From: Chrysomallon squamiferum
Lineage: Eukaryota; Animalia; Mollusca
Length of the DNA: 64,000 nucleotides
Direction: 5' to 3'
Assembly: GCA_012295275.1 (NCBI GenBank)
Contig: CM022665.1
Span: 45,136,001 to 45,200,000, forward strand
Shown: positions 30,201-42,234 of the stretch, one piece after another
Layout: the number at the start of each line of letters is the position of its first letter
Position numbering within the stretch: the first letter of the stretch is position 1
Position numbers and translations under genes: made by a program
The notes under the pieces: model-generated
The model's input: the letters and a program-made list of their open reading frames with translations, nothing else
Told to the model about the DNA's origin: nothing
Database searches by the model: none

Positions 30201-33200
30201 ACACTGAAAAACCACACTTAACAGAAAATGTAGATTGCATTAAAGGCAAAAATATATATGTAGAGGGAAAATATTCGGAAATAGACATTATCTAAACTTG
30301 AGTAAGATACTTTTCAGTTAAAGATATTTACACAACAGGAAATTACTAACATATGTTAAAGTTTTTGTCTCGTTTTTCATTTACTATATATATATATATA
30401 TATATATATATCTGCATATGTCTGTATCTGTTTATATATATACTGTTATTTTATATTTTTAAATTTAGAGAGTCGTATTCCTTAAACAGTAAATAAACAT
30501 TGTCACTATAAAACATATTTCCAAAGAAGCAATATTTCTACTGCTTTGCAAAACTATTATTAAAAATATAAGAAACATAAATTAAAAGAAATATACTGAT
30601 AAATTAAAATAATTCTCAATGTTTACTGATTTTCAGAATTTAATGAAATCTTCTAATCTTGAAAATATTGGGTAGCAAACAATTCTAACGGTATAAAACA
30701 ATGTTTTTCAGGCTCTAAAAACATTTTAGAATGAATAAAGATAAAACATATCAATTAATAGTAACTAAGCAGTAGCTGCAATGTCCTTCAACCTGAACAC
30801 AAAGCTTATGATCGTTGTTTTCAGTGAGGAAAAGATTCTTTATCTTTTGAGGTTCAATCTGTGTACAATGTTTTGTTTTCCTTTGTTAGGTATCCATTTA
30901 GTTCTTGAAATCATGCATCTTTTACGTTCATTCATTTTAACCTACTTCTTACTGCTAGCTCAGTCGGAGAAATGTTTTATGGGATTCACTTGTTAATACC
31001 TATACTGTAAGAAAGATTTATGGGGTTTTTTTCAGCATGCAACTTTTATGTTTTAAATTTTAATTCTTAAATCAAATGTACCCAGTAATTCTGATAAGAT
31101 TATCTATAATCACAGACTGAACACAAAGTCACTGAAGGTTTTTTTTCTTGCTTTCTTTTGTTTTTGTTTTGATTTATTGATTTATTTATATTTAAGAATT
31201 TTGAATACAAATTTCCTTATATGTATATATATTTTATTATCTAATCTGATTAGTTTCATATATTTGTTTTGGTGGTACATAAATTCTAGAGATAAAGGAA
31301 ATTAATTTCACATTTATTCTATTTAATACTGATAATTTAAAAAAAAAATATATAAACAGTGGTACAGCAACACTTTATTAATACCCACTTAAGTTAACAG
31401 TTTCTCAGTAGCCTTTTTTCTTCAAATAATTATCATACAAGTGGTTTTCAGGTCACTCTTTTTCTTTCTTATTTTACTTTTGTTTTTTGTTTTTTTTATC
31501 TATTTTCTATTTTTATTTCTTTCCTCTTTTTTCAACTTGCTTAAATATTCAGCATTCTATTAACCAGTGCAAATCAATCAGTTATCGCAACAATGAGTTA
31601 ACGTAATATTTCAAACATTTCTACTGTTAAATGTGTCAAACCACACAGCTTCAGACAACAAACAAATAAAAACGAAGATGAAGAAGGCAAAAAAAAAGTT
31701 ATGTATTTGGTCAGATCATGAGATACTGCTGTGACAAATGAAAAACTTGGTCTATAACCCAATACACAAGTAATTAATAACGATCTGCACTTGTCATAAA
31801 CCACTTTCTTCACCAGCAAGTCAACCTTGTGTGAAGGTTCATAAAGTACACACACACACACACACACAGGGAGAGAGAAAAATAAGATATTATTGATCCC
31901 AAACAAGAATCCAGCACAACCCAACAACACTTGTTTCTGGACATAACTTAGACCAATTTTAAACGATTATTCAATTTTGCCAGCTTCTATTTTCTTGTCA
32001 ATCGAATTACGTGTAATTCAAGTACATACAATTTTCTAATAAAATTCATATTACCTGTGCTGCTCACATTTTTGCCTCTCAGGCTCAATCACGGCCAAAA
32101 TCACACTCTGCGACATAACCACAGGGAAAATGTGTAAGAGGGAAAAAATAAAATTAAAACAAAAATCTGCCGAAGTTTTCAGTGTGCACAAAGAATGTTA
32201 ACACATTCTGAGCTTTTTTTTATCACCAAATGAAGCTAATAAATATTGTCATTTTAAATTCTATAACCCAATTAACTTATTATTTTCTGAGACTGTGACA
32301 TATTAATCTATGTTTCTTCATGTTAGTAATTTGGTTACAAAATGTAATATTTCTACACAAACTGATAATGAAATTAGCTATTTTAATATGATGACAAATT
32401 ATAAATATCTCTTTAGTCCAGTGACTATACCATCATTTCAGGATACAAAGATTAACATTTTGTAATGAAATGAATAAAAATCAATGATGGAATCATCTCC
32501 TTAATGCAAAATAAATGCAAATGAATGTAACTAAAAATGATAATCTAATGTTTAGAAATAATTTCTGTGTTTTCCTAGACAAAACTGAAAATGGAAATCC
32601 TTTCTTCAGTGTTCCTGAGTTTTTTAAATGATGTCATATAAACATAAACTTACAAAATGTTTTTTAAATAACAGATAAAAAGATCCCTTTCAAGGCACAA
32701 AAACATCTGAATACTGGAAGTTTCAATACTTGTTAGACAAAGAGAAATCAAATTTTGCCCTATTCTTGTACAGACTGTTACAAGGTTATCTTCTAATGTT
32801 TTCTTTTCTTTTTTTTTTTTTTGTGGGAAATTTAATTTTTCTTTAAGTGTTAAAATCAATGATTCACACAACGGATGAATGTCATCCAGCATAGGTTTTT
32901 TTTTTTTTTTCAAAGTTAACAAACCCAAGACACACAATTGATGGAAACAAATTTAAACTTTCACATACATGCAAAATGTCAAAGATATTACCATTGCCAA
33001 AGAACAAATCCAGAATATCTGACAGAGGGAGGTGGAGCCTGAGGGGGGCAAGCAATGATTAGCACTACAGACATATACCAAAATGAAAAAAAACAAAAAG
33101 TTAAATAGTACTTTCAAATGATTGAGTGTATACGAAAACAATACAATTGTTTCATTCCTCAGGTGGCAACTAGAGCAAAATGGATGCAATATGTTTGGAT

Positions 33201-36200
33201 GTTTACGATCAGGCAAGATCCAAGCTCCTCCAATATGATGAGTAAGCCCTAATGATGCAGAGTAAACAAAGCAGATCAACTGACATAATCAGTTGTGATT
33301 CCCAGGTAGCTGAATAATTTTACAATTGTATCTACTGTAATTTATATAAATTTAACACAGACTCTGTACAAAAACAAAAACAAAACCATATCAAGGACAA
33401 CAGCTGTCAAAGGTGTGAAATTTAAATAATATTTACATCTATTTATAATTGCAAGTTTGTTTGTTCCAGCACAAATCTATTTTGAAATAAATAAGGTTAA
33501 TTTTGATGACCCTAGACCTAATAAGACATTCTAAATATATCATATGTACCTAACTTAAACAATGATGTAAACAAATAACCATATAAATGTCAGTTAATTT
33601 TTTTTTTCTAATCATTTTTTAAAATAATAATGGTCTGAACACCATAAATAAATATTAAAAAATTAAACCAACATAACAAAATTTAAATTAAATTAAACCT
33701 TTCAAAAAAAAAGTGTTCTAGGTTTAAGATCATTATGATACATACCAATACTATGAATTAATTTAACACATAAAAATAAAATATATCCATCTACCAGTGA
33801 CAAATAAAATCAGTAGAACTTACTCTGAATTCATCTTTTTCAAAAATATCAAAACATTTTCTTGAAACAATTATTTTATAAAGTTCTGGGAACAGAAATG
33901 TCTGTTTAGAATAAAAATTCAAAAAATTAATCCATTAAATAGCCAACAATTAACAAGTACTGCTGCACTGAATTAAATTTAATAATATGATCATTTAAAA
34001 AATACTGGTGAACATAAAATATTAATGATGCCATACAAATGATTCAGCATTAAATATGAAAGCACTAATTTTATTTTAACATTAAACATATTGATGTTGC
34101 AAATGTTTTATGTCACAACTGTGTAAGAGTATTTTATAAAATTTAAGGTCAGTAATAGAGATTTTGGTTTTATGTGTTAGATTTCTGTAAATAATGCATT
34201 ACAAATAAAATGCTGCAATATTTGAAATAAATGCTAATCAATAATGAGTAAGAGATGAAATAATTACAGCCTTTAAAAACAATTCATTTGTAAAATGGAG
34301 CCATGAAAACATCACAAACATTAACCATTAAAACCACCAAAAAACCCAGAATATTTGAGAAACCAGGGCGAGTAAAACTGAAAAATTCTAAAGATAAATA
34401 AAATAAAATAACATTCAACAAAAACAGTTCATATTTATGAGGTGTGTATCAAAGATTACAAAATACTAAAACTACTGCAAAACCTCGAAACATTTCTGAT
34501 CAATGTATTTACATTCTTAAAAACAAAAAACTTAAATATATTCAAAATTATTAAATAATTTTATACTAAATACCAGTTATATGCATAAATGTCATATTTA
34601 TCTGGATGGTCTGAAATTCTACTTCCCTCTCGTTATAGTTATTACAAAAAAAAAGAAAAAGAAAAATGATAAAAATTTTGTTTTAGTTTCTACCAGTATT
34701 TTTCACCATATAATGTTATAACCATTTATGCGGCAAGCTTGGGACTGGAGGTGATCCAGATTTTTGGATTTGCTGGATTTCCAGATACATACTAAACACA
34801 TACTTCTTTTTTAATCCATTAAAATTCTTAAGTTACCTATAGAGAATATGATCTAAAATAAATAGGATAAAAATTAAACGAAGAAAAGAAAGAACATAAT
34901 TTTATTTAAACAATATCTCTAAAAATTAATGCACTTCTTAAACCACTTAAATTAAATAAATAAAAATATAATTTAATTGACAGGTATAATGACTTTTGTG
35001 AGATATTTATCTCTACACAGCAACAATATCATTTAAACCATTCTACATTATGTTTTAAAAAGGCTGTTTACAACTAATTTTTAGTTTCTGTAAATAATTT
35101 GTCTACTTTACAAAGTCTTATAAAATTAATTTAATGCATGTTATGAAACTGTTAAATACATGATTCAAACCACAGGATCTGTAAAACAAATAATAATTAA
35201 AAAATTAAATTAAATTTTAAAATTTTTAAATGTTTTAAAAATGATTGGATAACGCTCAAAGTATATATATATATATGTATGTATGGGCACACTCTATAGT
35301 AACTTAATTCTGAATCATTAAACAAGGACATTTATGTCATCTAATAATAAATATTTTGTAAATAAACATTCAAAAAAGCAATACAGAAATACAAGATTTA
35401 CCACTGTTATCATAATAATAAAACATTAGGTTACAAACTAGGTGGGATTTTTTTTTATAAATAATATAAAAATATATTAAGAAATGAAATAGTATCAGCT
35501 GGAAAAATGTCACCAAATAGATATTTTTTTATACTTCATTTACTTGTCATCAACTGTTATCTGATACTATGTCAATGAACCATTTAAAAACAAAAATAAA
35601 AGGGAAACAAAACACAGCTGTTTCAAATGGATCTAAAAATCTAATAAAATATGCACAACCATTTTCTTTTACTGTATACCATGGATTTCCTATGTGACCA
35701 AAATATGCATCAGAATTAAATTTAATTAAAATGTGTATTGTTCAAAGTCATGTGACTTCAAATAATCACTGACTGGCTTTATTATGTTTACATACATTTT
35801 CACATCAATGTGAAGGCTGATGTATCAACAAATATAACATGACAGCCATGCAGCTTGTTCAGTAAGAATTTACAAACTGTAAGCTGCAAGAAGATACATG
35901 TTTAAGAAATAACAATGTATGAAATCTGTTTACTAAATAATAAAAAAAATAAAATGTTTTTATGAAATACACCGGTATTTCCTGAAAGTGAAACAGCGTC
36001 TGCCGAAAATAACCTGATAAGTGCGATTGTAATAACTGATACTAATTCACGAACTTGTTGAAAGTGTAAAATAGTGATAGATTATTTATAAAATCGCGAT
36101 AAAATATTACTGGTGACATTTGAGCTAAAATAATTTTGTGTGGATCCAGACAACTGTCAAAAGGATACATTCGCAATGACCCAGTTTTTGTTCCAATAGC

Positions 36201-36522
36201 TAAAATATGTTGAACTGGATCAAAGGCGACAGCAGTTGGCTGGAAAGGGAAGCCATATCTGACGGTCTGAAATATAAAATAGCATCAATCCAGAATAAAC
36301 TGGTGTCTCAATTCATTTGAAGATCCTCAGAATTAAAAATATTATGCATCGATCGACTGAATCAGAGTCGATTATTACTGTACAAACCTTGCAGACTTGG
36401 AAATGTTCTGACCGTAAAGTCTCCTCAATTTCCATTTCATTCTTTGGTGGTGTACTAACAGAGGACCTAAGTCCATCTAGTACACCCCTGAGGGTAAATC
36501 GCTTTGGTTTAGCAGACGACAT
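371..36522 (-). CDS. STXBP5: Tomosyn / syntaxin-binding protein 5 (STXBP5/STXBP5L family), 5' part (WD40 region); gene continues beyond the left edge
   Basis: Ten phase-compatible GT-AG exons: 36388-36522, 36169-36266, 11396-11477, 7687-7787, 6575-6709, 4792-4855, 2629-2712, 1723-1846, 1144-1219, 371-525 (1054 nt). They join without stops into MSSAKPKRFTLRGVLDGLRSS...ETLRSEHFQVCKTVRYGFPFQPTAVAFDPVQ...LGRPGVD...HLWNFRQKRPEIVHSLKFQRERITFCHLPFQSKWLYIGTERGNVH...HPGPVVHLSDNPMD...AWHHEGKQFMCSHSDG...KPEPCKPI...FSGGMSYD...LEMEHNVVDF, which I recognise as the tomosyn N-terminus. Confidence 0.95.
1144..1219 (-). CDS. STXBP5: STXBP5 coding exon 9
   Basis: TTTTCAG| (A)KFGKDGKPEPCKPITRVDWKSVRNG |GTAAAC. 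Confidence 0.92.
1723..1846 (-). CDS. STXBP5: STXBP5 coding exon 8
   Basis: TTTCAG| ALRSIAWHHEGKQFMCSHSDGGLTTWNFKIVQKPVNVMYPH |GTGAG. Confidence 0.93.
2629..2712 (-). CDS. STXBP5: STXBP5 coding exon 7
   Basis: TTCCAG| LLIGFESGTIVLWDLKNKIAESRYSSPE |GTGAG. Confidence 0.92.
3820..3945 (+). mobile_element. Degraded interspersed repeat (SINE-like) fragment
   Basis: 3893-3933 aligns ungapped with 62130-62170 at 30/41 identity (CTGTC.CTGGG...TATA...CC.TGCTGCTA). It resembles a gastropod SINE body from memory; not verified. Confidence 0.5.
4792..4855 (-). CDS. STXBP5: STXBP5 coding exon 6
   Basis: TGCAG| SRKTHPGPVVHLSDNPMDPNK |GTAAG. Confidence 0.92.
6575..6709 (-). CDS. STXBP5: STXBP5 coding exon 5
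   Basis: TTTCAG| ITFCHLPFQSKWLYIGTERGNVHIVNIESFILSGYVINWNKAIEL |GTAAG. Confidence 0.93.
6745..7155. repeat. Degenerate ~58-60 bp tandem repeat
   Basis: Recurring TTTAATA(C/T)CTGACTATAACAACAT core. Confidence 0.6.
7687..7787 (-). CDS. STXBP5: STXBP5 coding exon 4
   Basis: CAG| GALVTVCSDDSLHLWNFRQKRPEIVHSLKFQRE(R) |GTTTGT. Confidence 0.93.
11113..11241. repeat. Tandem duplication, 2 x 64 bp
   Basis: CCTTTCATTACACT..TGGCTACAAACAACAGCTACAAATATAGTCACACTACAGAATACAAAA starting at 11113 and 11177. Confidence 0.9.
11396..11477 (-). CDS. STXBP5: STXBP5 coding exon 3
   Basis: TTCCTTAACACATGCACAG| LGRPGVDSHCMHDGEIGVTQILFLINE |GTGAG. Confidence 0.93.
14090..14262. repeat. ~25 bp degenerate minisatellite
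   Basis: GACTACTGTCAGTTGTGGTCAGTTTT-like units. Confidence 0.75.
14540..15650. repeat. ~180 bp tandem repeat (~6-7 units) with variable internal microsatellite
   Basis: Repeated GATAAAACCATTA..AACA.ATTTCT..CATTCTC.TAGTTA and AGAAAGAAGTAATTGTAAAACAAATAAA blocks. Confidence 0.8.
18498..18690. repeat. 19 bp minisatellite (~10 copies)
   Basis: CTGACCACT(A/G)CAACAAAAT units. Confidence 0.9.
20060..20750. repeat. ~35 bp minisatellite (~19 copies)
   Basis: AAACTGACA(A/G)TGAACAATTCAAACCAAAGAAATTT units. Confidence 0.9.
23560..23850. repeat. Degenerate ~29-30 bp repeat
   Basis: GTCATGTGGCAAA..TTTCATGAC-like units. Confidence 0.5.
25230..25950. repeat. Degenerate ~30 bp A-rich minisatellite
   Basis: AAAATAGAAATCAAGTAGGTAAAAAGGTTAT-like units. 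Confidence 0.75.
36169..36266 (-). CDS. STXBP5: STXBP5 coding exon 2
   Basis: TTTCAG| TVRYGFPFQPTAVAFDPVQHILAIGTKTGSLRI; donor AT|GTATCCTTT (U12 type). Confidence 0.93.
36388..36522 (-). CDS. STXBP5: STXBP5 coding exon 1
   Basis: ATG at 36522; MSSAKPKRFTLRGVLDGLRSSVSTPPKNEMEIEETLRSEHFQVCK; donor AAG|GTTTGT. Confidence 0.9.
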
Positions 36523-39500
36523 TGCTGTAGCTTGTGTCACATTATCCCATGTTTATCCTCCACCTCCTCCATTTTCTACCCAAATAACAGACACTGACAG
36601 AACTGCCCGGATGTCAATCCCAGCAGCCTAGCTTCAGCAGTACCGTAAAGACTATAGTAAATTTTGTTTGATTGCTATTTTTACCCAAATACCTGTATAT
36701 AAAAGTTACGACATATATGTAAAAATAAAATAAATAAAAAATATATATATATAGTTTAAAATGAACAACAAAACTATATAAATATACTACTGTCAACTGA
36801 TTAATTTTTATTGAAATTAATTATATTTCGAAATGGTTGATCTTTTCACATGAAATATGTCTTTTTTATTAGTATGGATATAGTTTATCTTTCCAGTATT
36901 CCATTATGCCGATATGCTCTGGAATAACTGTTCTTTTCTATGGGTTCAAATATTTTAAAATATCTAACTAACTGTTATCAGACTTTGTTTTATTGCTTTT
37001 GCGGAAAATAGTGTGCCCAACTTCTTTATAAAGAAACGATTAAATTTGCATTGACGTGTTTTTTTTTTTTTCTATAAAAGTGCAGAATACCTTATCTTAA
37101 AATATCTGTAAACCGTTAAATTAGTTCTATAAATTGTTAAAATTATTCCACATATTTTTCTTCATGCTGATCATTTCGGTACAGTGTAGTTCCAGGCTTA
37201 ACGAATTCATTAGTTCAAAGCGTTTGCAATGGGAGATTTCGTGCAACAAAAACGTAATTCTAACGTTTGATAAAATATGAAAATCTTAGTAATAAAAAGT
37301 CCAAATACTTTTTTCTTCTTTCTCTTTTTATTTATTTATTTTTTAATTTTATTTTTATTTATATATATATATTTATAGAACAAACTTTTTCCTTAATATG
37401 TTTTTATTGGCAATAGAATTATATTTCGTTTGAGATATAGCAAATACACCATGGCAAGATGTGGATATTTTTATTTATTTATTTATTTATTTATTTTAAT
37501 TACTTTTTTAATTATTATTATTATTCAGACTGAGGGCTCTGAACAATACTACCAGTTGTTTGGACATGTCGCAGTATATATCTACATGCTAGGACTTATG
37601 CTAATAATTATAAGCTATGAAAACGAAATAGTACTGCAGGAAAATATGTTTCGACATTGCAGATATCATTAAGACCGTTAGTAGTAGTAGCAGTAGTTAT
37701 TTATTTGTTACTGTTGTTGTTTTTTTCAGTTTCCCTATATGGAAAATTTATGTTTGAGCTTACGTATGTTTATATTTGTGTATGTATTTGTGGGTGTTTG
37801 TATATTTGTATGCATGTAGGTAGGTAGATGGGTGGGTGGTAGATAGGTAAGCAGGCAGGTTGATGAGTAAGTACATACATAGTTACGTATATGTGTGTAA
37901 GTGTGTTATATATATTTATATACTAATTATAATGAAGACATTTTTTATTATTATTTATACTGAATAATAAATTATACTATCGACTAGATGAATTTTAAAT
38001 GAACAAAGAAATTAAAGGAAATCAGAATCGTCAGTATGAATGAAGACATTTTTTAAAAATAAACGGCAAAAACAAATTCATTTTTTGGATTCAGAAATAA
38101 TGTTCTGCACGTAAAATAAAAAATAAAATAAAAAAGCGTTATTAAAACGGATAATACTATTATCTATTCAAATGATTATCGTTTGAAATAAAATACGGAA
38201 AAGTCAAAATCATAGCATAATTATGGCAGTTTCGAGAGATGCAAGATGTCTGCTGGCAGACAAGGTGTCCAAATAATCTGCTTTTTCTTTACATATATAA
38301 TGTGCGTGCGTGTGTGTGTGCAAAGAATGGCTGTTCTCATAATAAAGAATTTCGAATAAGTAATTCAAACATTTATCATCGAATATTTACACTTCCACCG
38401 CAAATTGCTTTGTTTACATAACATCTTGAAGTAGTCAAATAAATCAATTTTTAATTAATTCACTGATCGATTTAATATAAAAGGGAATATGGTAATTGTT
38501 ATCTAGAAGACATCTGCCATCGAATAATAATAATAATAATAATAATAATATATATATACATATAATATTTATGTATTCATGACCAACTACAATGAGGCAA
38601 ATGCCTCATACCGAAATTAACGATATTTTTTGGATTGTTTTATTTTTTATTATTTTTTATTTTTATTTTTTATACAAAACTTATTATTTAAAAAATATAA
38701 ACAATAAATCTCTATTCAACGATATCCATTGAATGAATTCGTTTGTGTCTACGGTTACCGTTTGAAGTCTACCGACATCGTTGCGATGAAAGACATAACT
38801 GACTTCAAAGACATCAGACATCAAACAGGTTTATCGAACACCTGATGATTTAAGCCATATACAGCATCTTTTTCACACGTTTCAATTTTAGGCCGGTTCT
38901 TGCCCTGACCCATCGCTCAATTTCGTTTTTGCCCCGCTCGGCTCGGCGATTAAGTATTTTTGCCTCATTTCAAAAAGAATCTAGTTACGGCGATGAAATT
39001 ATTTATATTAATAACCGCAGACAGAAAAGTTAGCTTCCCAGACGACAATATTTCAAAATTCACGAAGGAACAAACAAAACGTAATTTTATTTTTTCATTA
39101 TTTTTTATATTTTTTTTTTATTATTATTTGCATTAATTTTTTTTTTTTTTTTTTTTTTTTTGTATCTGTAATAGATTTTTACTGGAAAAATGTATTAACT
39201 AATTACTGTATGAAATAAGGAAGATAAAAAATAATAAGAAGAATAGCTGTAATCCATATTGGAACAAATCATAATTTTCATAAAAATCATAATTTGGCAT
39301 TACGCAGTTATTCAAGTAAGAGTAAAAATGGTTTTATAGATAATTGCTGTTTAATTTGTTTCTAGAGATAATAAATTATCAATAAAATAAAAAGCTCATC
39401 AGAATATAGGAATGCTAAAATTTACATTTTATTATTTACTATTTATTTTGTTCTATTCTTCATTTATATATTTATTTATAATACTTTATTATTATCATGT

Positions 39501-39802
39501 CTTTTATTATATATATATGTCTTCATGCAAAGCATATGTCCATTTTATATATATATATATATAAGAAGAAAGATTAAAACATATTAAAAAAGTTATAAAA
39601 ATTGATTTAACCTCTCTACAAAACATATCGTCTTTTTTAATGAAAATCCAAAATTATTTGTAATCTTATATCAGTATGTTGGGTACATTTCATTTTATAA
39701 AAAAATAAATAATAATTTTTTTTTTTTTTTTTTAATGAAAATCCATAATTAATTGTAATCTTATATCAGTATGTTGGGTGCGTGTAATTTCGATTTTAGT
39801 AA

Positions 39803-39837
<35 letters not shown>

Positions 39838-41489
39838 CATCAGCATAATTAAAGCAAAATAGAATTTTATTAACAAATTAAAAGTATACATAATACATGA
39901 AATAATCTGAAAATATATAAAGCAATCTATTATTATTTTTCTGGAATATTATGACATGTAATAATCATGTGCAAGATAAATGATAAAAAATACTGTAAAT
40001 TGATTAATGGATTAATGTTTATAAGAAAATAAAAATCATCCAAAAATAGAGTATAAAAACAAATTACAAAAATTTACCAAAGCCTTATAAAATGTTGAAT
40101 TGTCATAAAATTAAATCAGAAAATATTTTTTTTATTATTTTCTCTTTTTTTTTGGTGGGGGATGACTTTTTGAACAAACCAGTATTTGAAGCTGCCATAT
40201 AATGAATGGTATAAATGTCACTAATATTGAAAAAAAAAAAAAAAAAAAAATTCATAACTGATGTTCAGACCTGTTAATTTCTTTTCTTTTTAAAAATGGT
40301 AGATCACTGAAAATAATGACACATTTTATTTGCTTTTGTTTTATGATAAATTATACCCTTTGTCCATCCTGGGATTGCAGGTCATCAACAACAACAACAT
40401 TCCAGAGTTGTCTATCCTGTGCTTTCATTTCAAACTGTCTTCATGTTTTTTGTTTTTTTTATTATTATGTCTACTTGGAGCTGTCTTTAGAAAGTGGCCC
40501 TTGAACATCATTTATTTTTTTCTCCTGCACAGTGGATCCCACTGTCACAGCTTGCCTAGTTATAGATGATGTAAGTTTTGAAGGGGTCTGTCCATCCCCA
40601 TCAGAATCTATTTATTTCATCTTTGGTCTACAATAATTTTTTGCTGTTGTTGATGTCTGGTTTCATGATTCACAAATATTAATATTTAAATACAAACATT
40701 AATGACATTCATTCCAAGTTTTGGTATCAAAAACATTTGTTGCTGGTCCCACGGAAAGATAAACAAAAAATTAATAATATTCACAGTAATAATAATTTTT
40801 CAAAAAACAAGGGAGATAATTTAATTCCAGTCAGCTCAGAAACTTCACAGATTTCCAATTTTTGATAAAACAAGGGAGATTATTTTATCCCAAATAACTG
40901 TAAAAGTTTCTGTTATCATTTGATTTACAGGCAGCAATGGAACTGCCATTTTACTTATGGCTTTAGCAGGCAAAACTGACCAATGAAACATAAAATGTGC
41001 TTTTTTTCACTTCTGGATTTTAATCTCTTCTTTTTGAACATTTTAAAAATATTTTATATATATATATATGTTGTTGTTGTTGTTGTTATTTTAATTATTA
41101 TTGTTGTTGTCATTATATATGTATATATATACTATTTTTTTTTTTATATATTTTTTTTTTTTATTATTATTATTTTCTGGTTAAATAAAGATTTAACAAT
41201 TATCTCATTCTCAGGTATGTTTGAAATATCAGTACAGCAAATCACCGATTACATCTGATTCTCACTCATCAAAGTACAGATCCACATTTAATTCAAACAC
41301 TCTCCCTTAATATTATTAAAGCTGAAAACAAAAATCCATTCACCAACCTCAACCCTAACTACCCTTACTCCAGTTTTACCACCCTTCTATTCAGAACCAC
41401 ACACATATAATCATATTTATTATTGAAATTAATTTTAAAAACAAAAAAAAAAAAACCATTCAGAACTCCACCCCAGTCTCCTGTCATTT

Positions 41490-41625
41490 CTAAACACTTT
41501 TTATTCCTCGGATCATGTCTGCTGCTTTTTCGGCTATCATGATGCAAGGAGCATTTGTGTTGCCAGAAACAACGGTAGGCATGATGGAGGCATCAACCAC
41601 GCGAAGTCCATGGATACCTTTTACC
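41490..41625 (-). CDS. GMC oxidoreductase last coding exon
   Basis: [44 protein letters not shown]. Confidence 0.92.
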
Positions 41626-42198
41626 CTGGAAGATAAAAAAAAAACATCACTGAGTTCAGTAAACTGTTTAATTACTGATAATCTTTGTGCTAGTCATGTC
41701 GTATTACAAATACCTAACATCGTTCTCCATGAGATAATCTTATCAAGAGTTAGAAATGTACACTTTACTATGACAAAAATTTTGGTAACGTAAAATTGTG
41801 GGAGTTCTAGTTCTAATAATGATAATAATAATGATAGTAATAATGATAATAATAATAACAACAGCAAAATAATAACAACAACAATAATAATAATAACAGC
41901 AAAATAATAAAAATTACAGCAACAATAATAACAACAATTACAACAAAATAATAACAATAATAATAACTACTATTACTATTTCTAATAATAACAACAGTAT
42001 CAATAACAAACAAAAAAATAATAATAATAACTACTATTACTATTTATAACAACAGTATCAACAAACAAAAAATAGCAATAATAATAGCAATAATAATAAC
42101 AAAATAATAACAACAATTATAACAAAACAATAACAATAACTACTATTACTATTTCTAATAATAATAACAACTGTATCAATAACAAAAAAAAAAAAAAA

Positions 42199-42234
<36 letters not shown>

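Larger units (their letters stand above)
11478..36168 (-). other. U12-type (minor spliceosome) GT-AG intron, 24,691 nt, STXBP5 intron 2
   Basis: 5' splice site GTATCCTTT (36168-36160). Branch point TTCCTTAAC (11496-11488) lies 10 nt before the 3' end of the intron, with no polypyrimidine tract. Confidence 0.92.

Noticed and set aside
32055-32107. 53-nt minus-strand pseudo-exon (CGCAG|...CAG|GTAAT), plus a nearby GTATCCTG at ~32446, inside the U12 intron
   Set aside because: No homology to tomosyn, exons 2 and 3 already join in frame, and such matches are expected by chance in 25 kb
32953-33279. 108-aa minus-strand ORF in the large intron
   Set aside because: No recognisable domain, non-ATG start, no supporting splice structure
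36317-36631. 104-aa plus-strand ORF
   Set aside because: Antisense shadow of tomosyn exon 1
39633-39780. ~50-bp direct duplication in intergenic DNA
   Set aside because: Ordinary local duplication next to poly-T, with no functional signal
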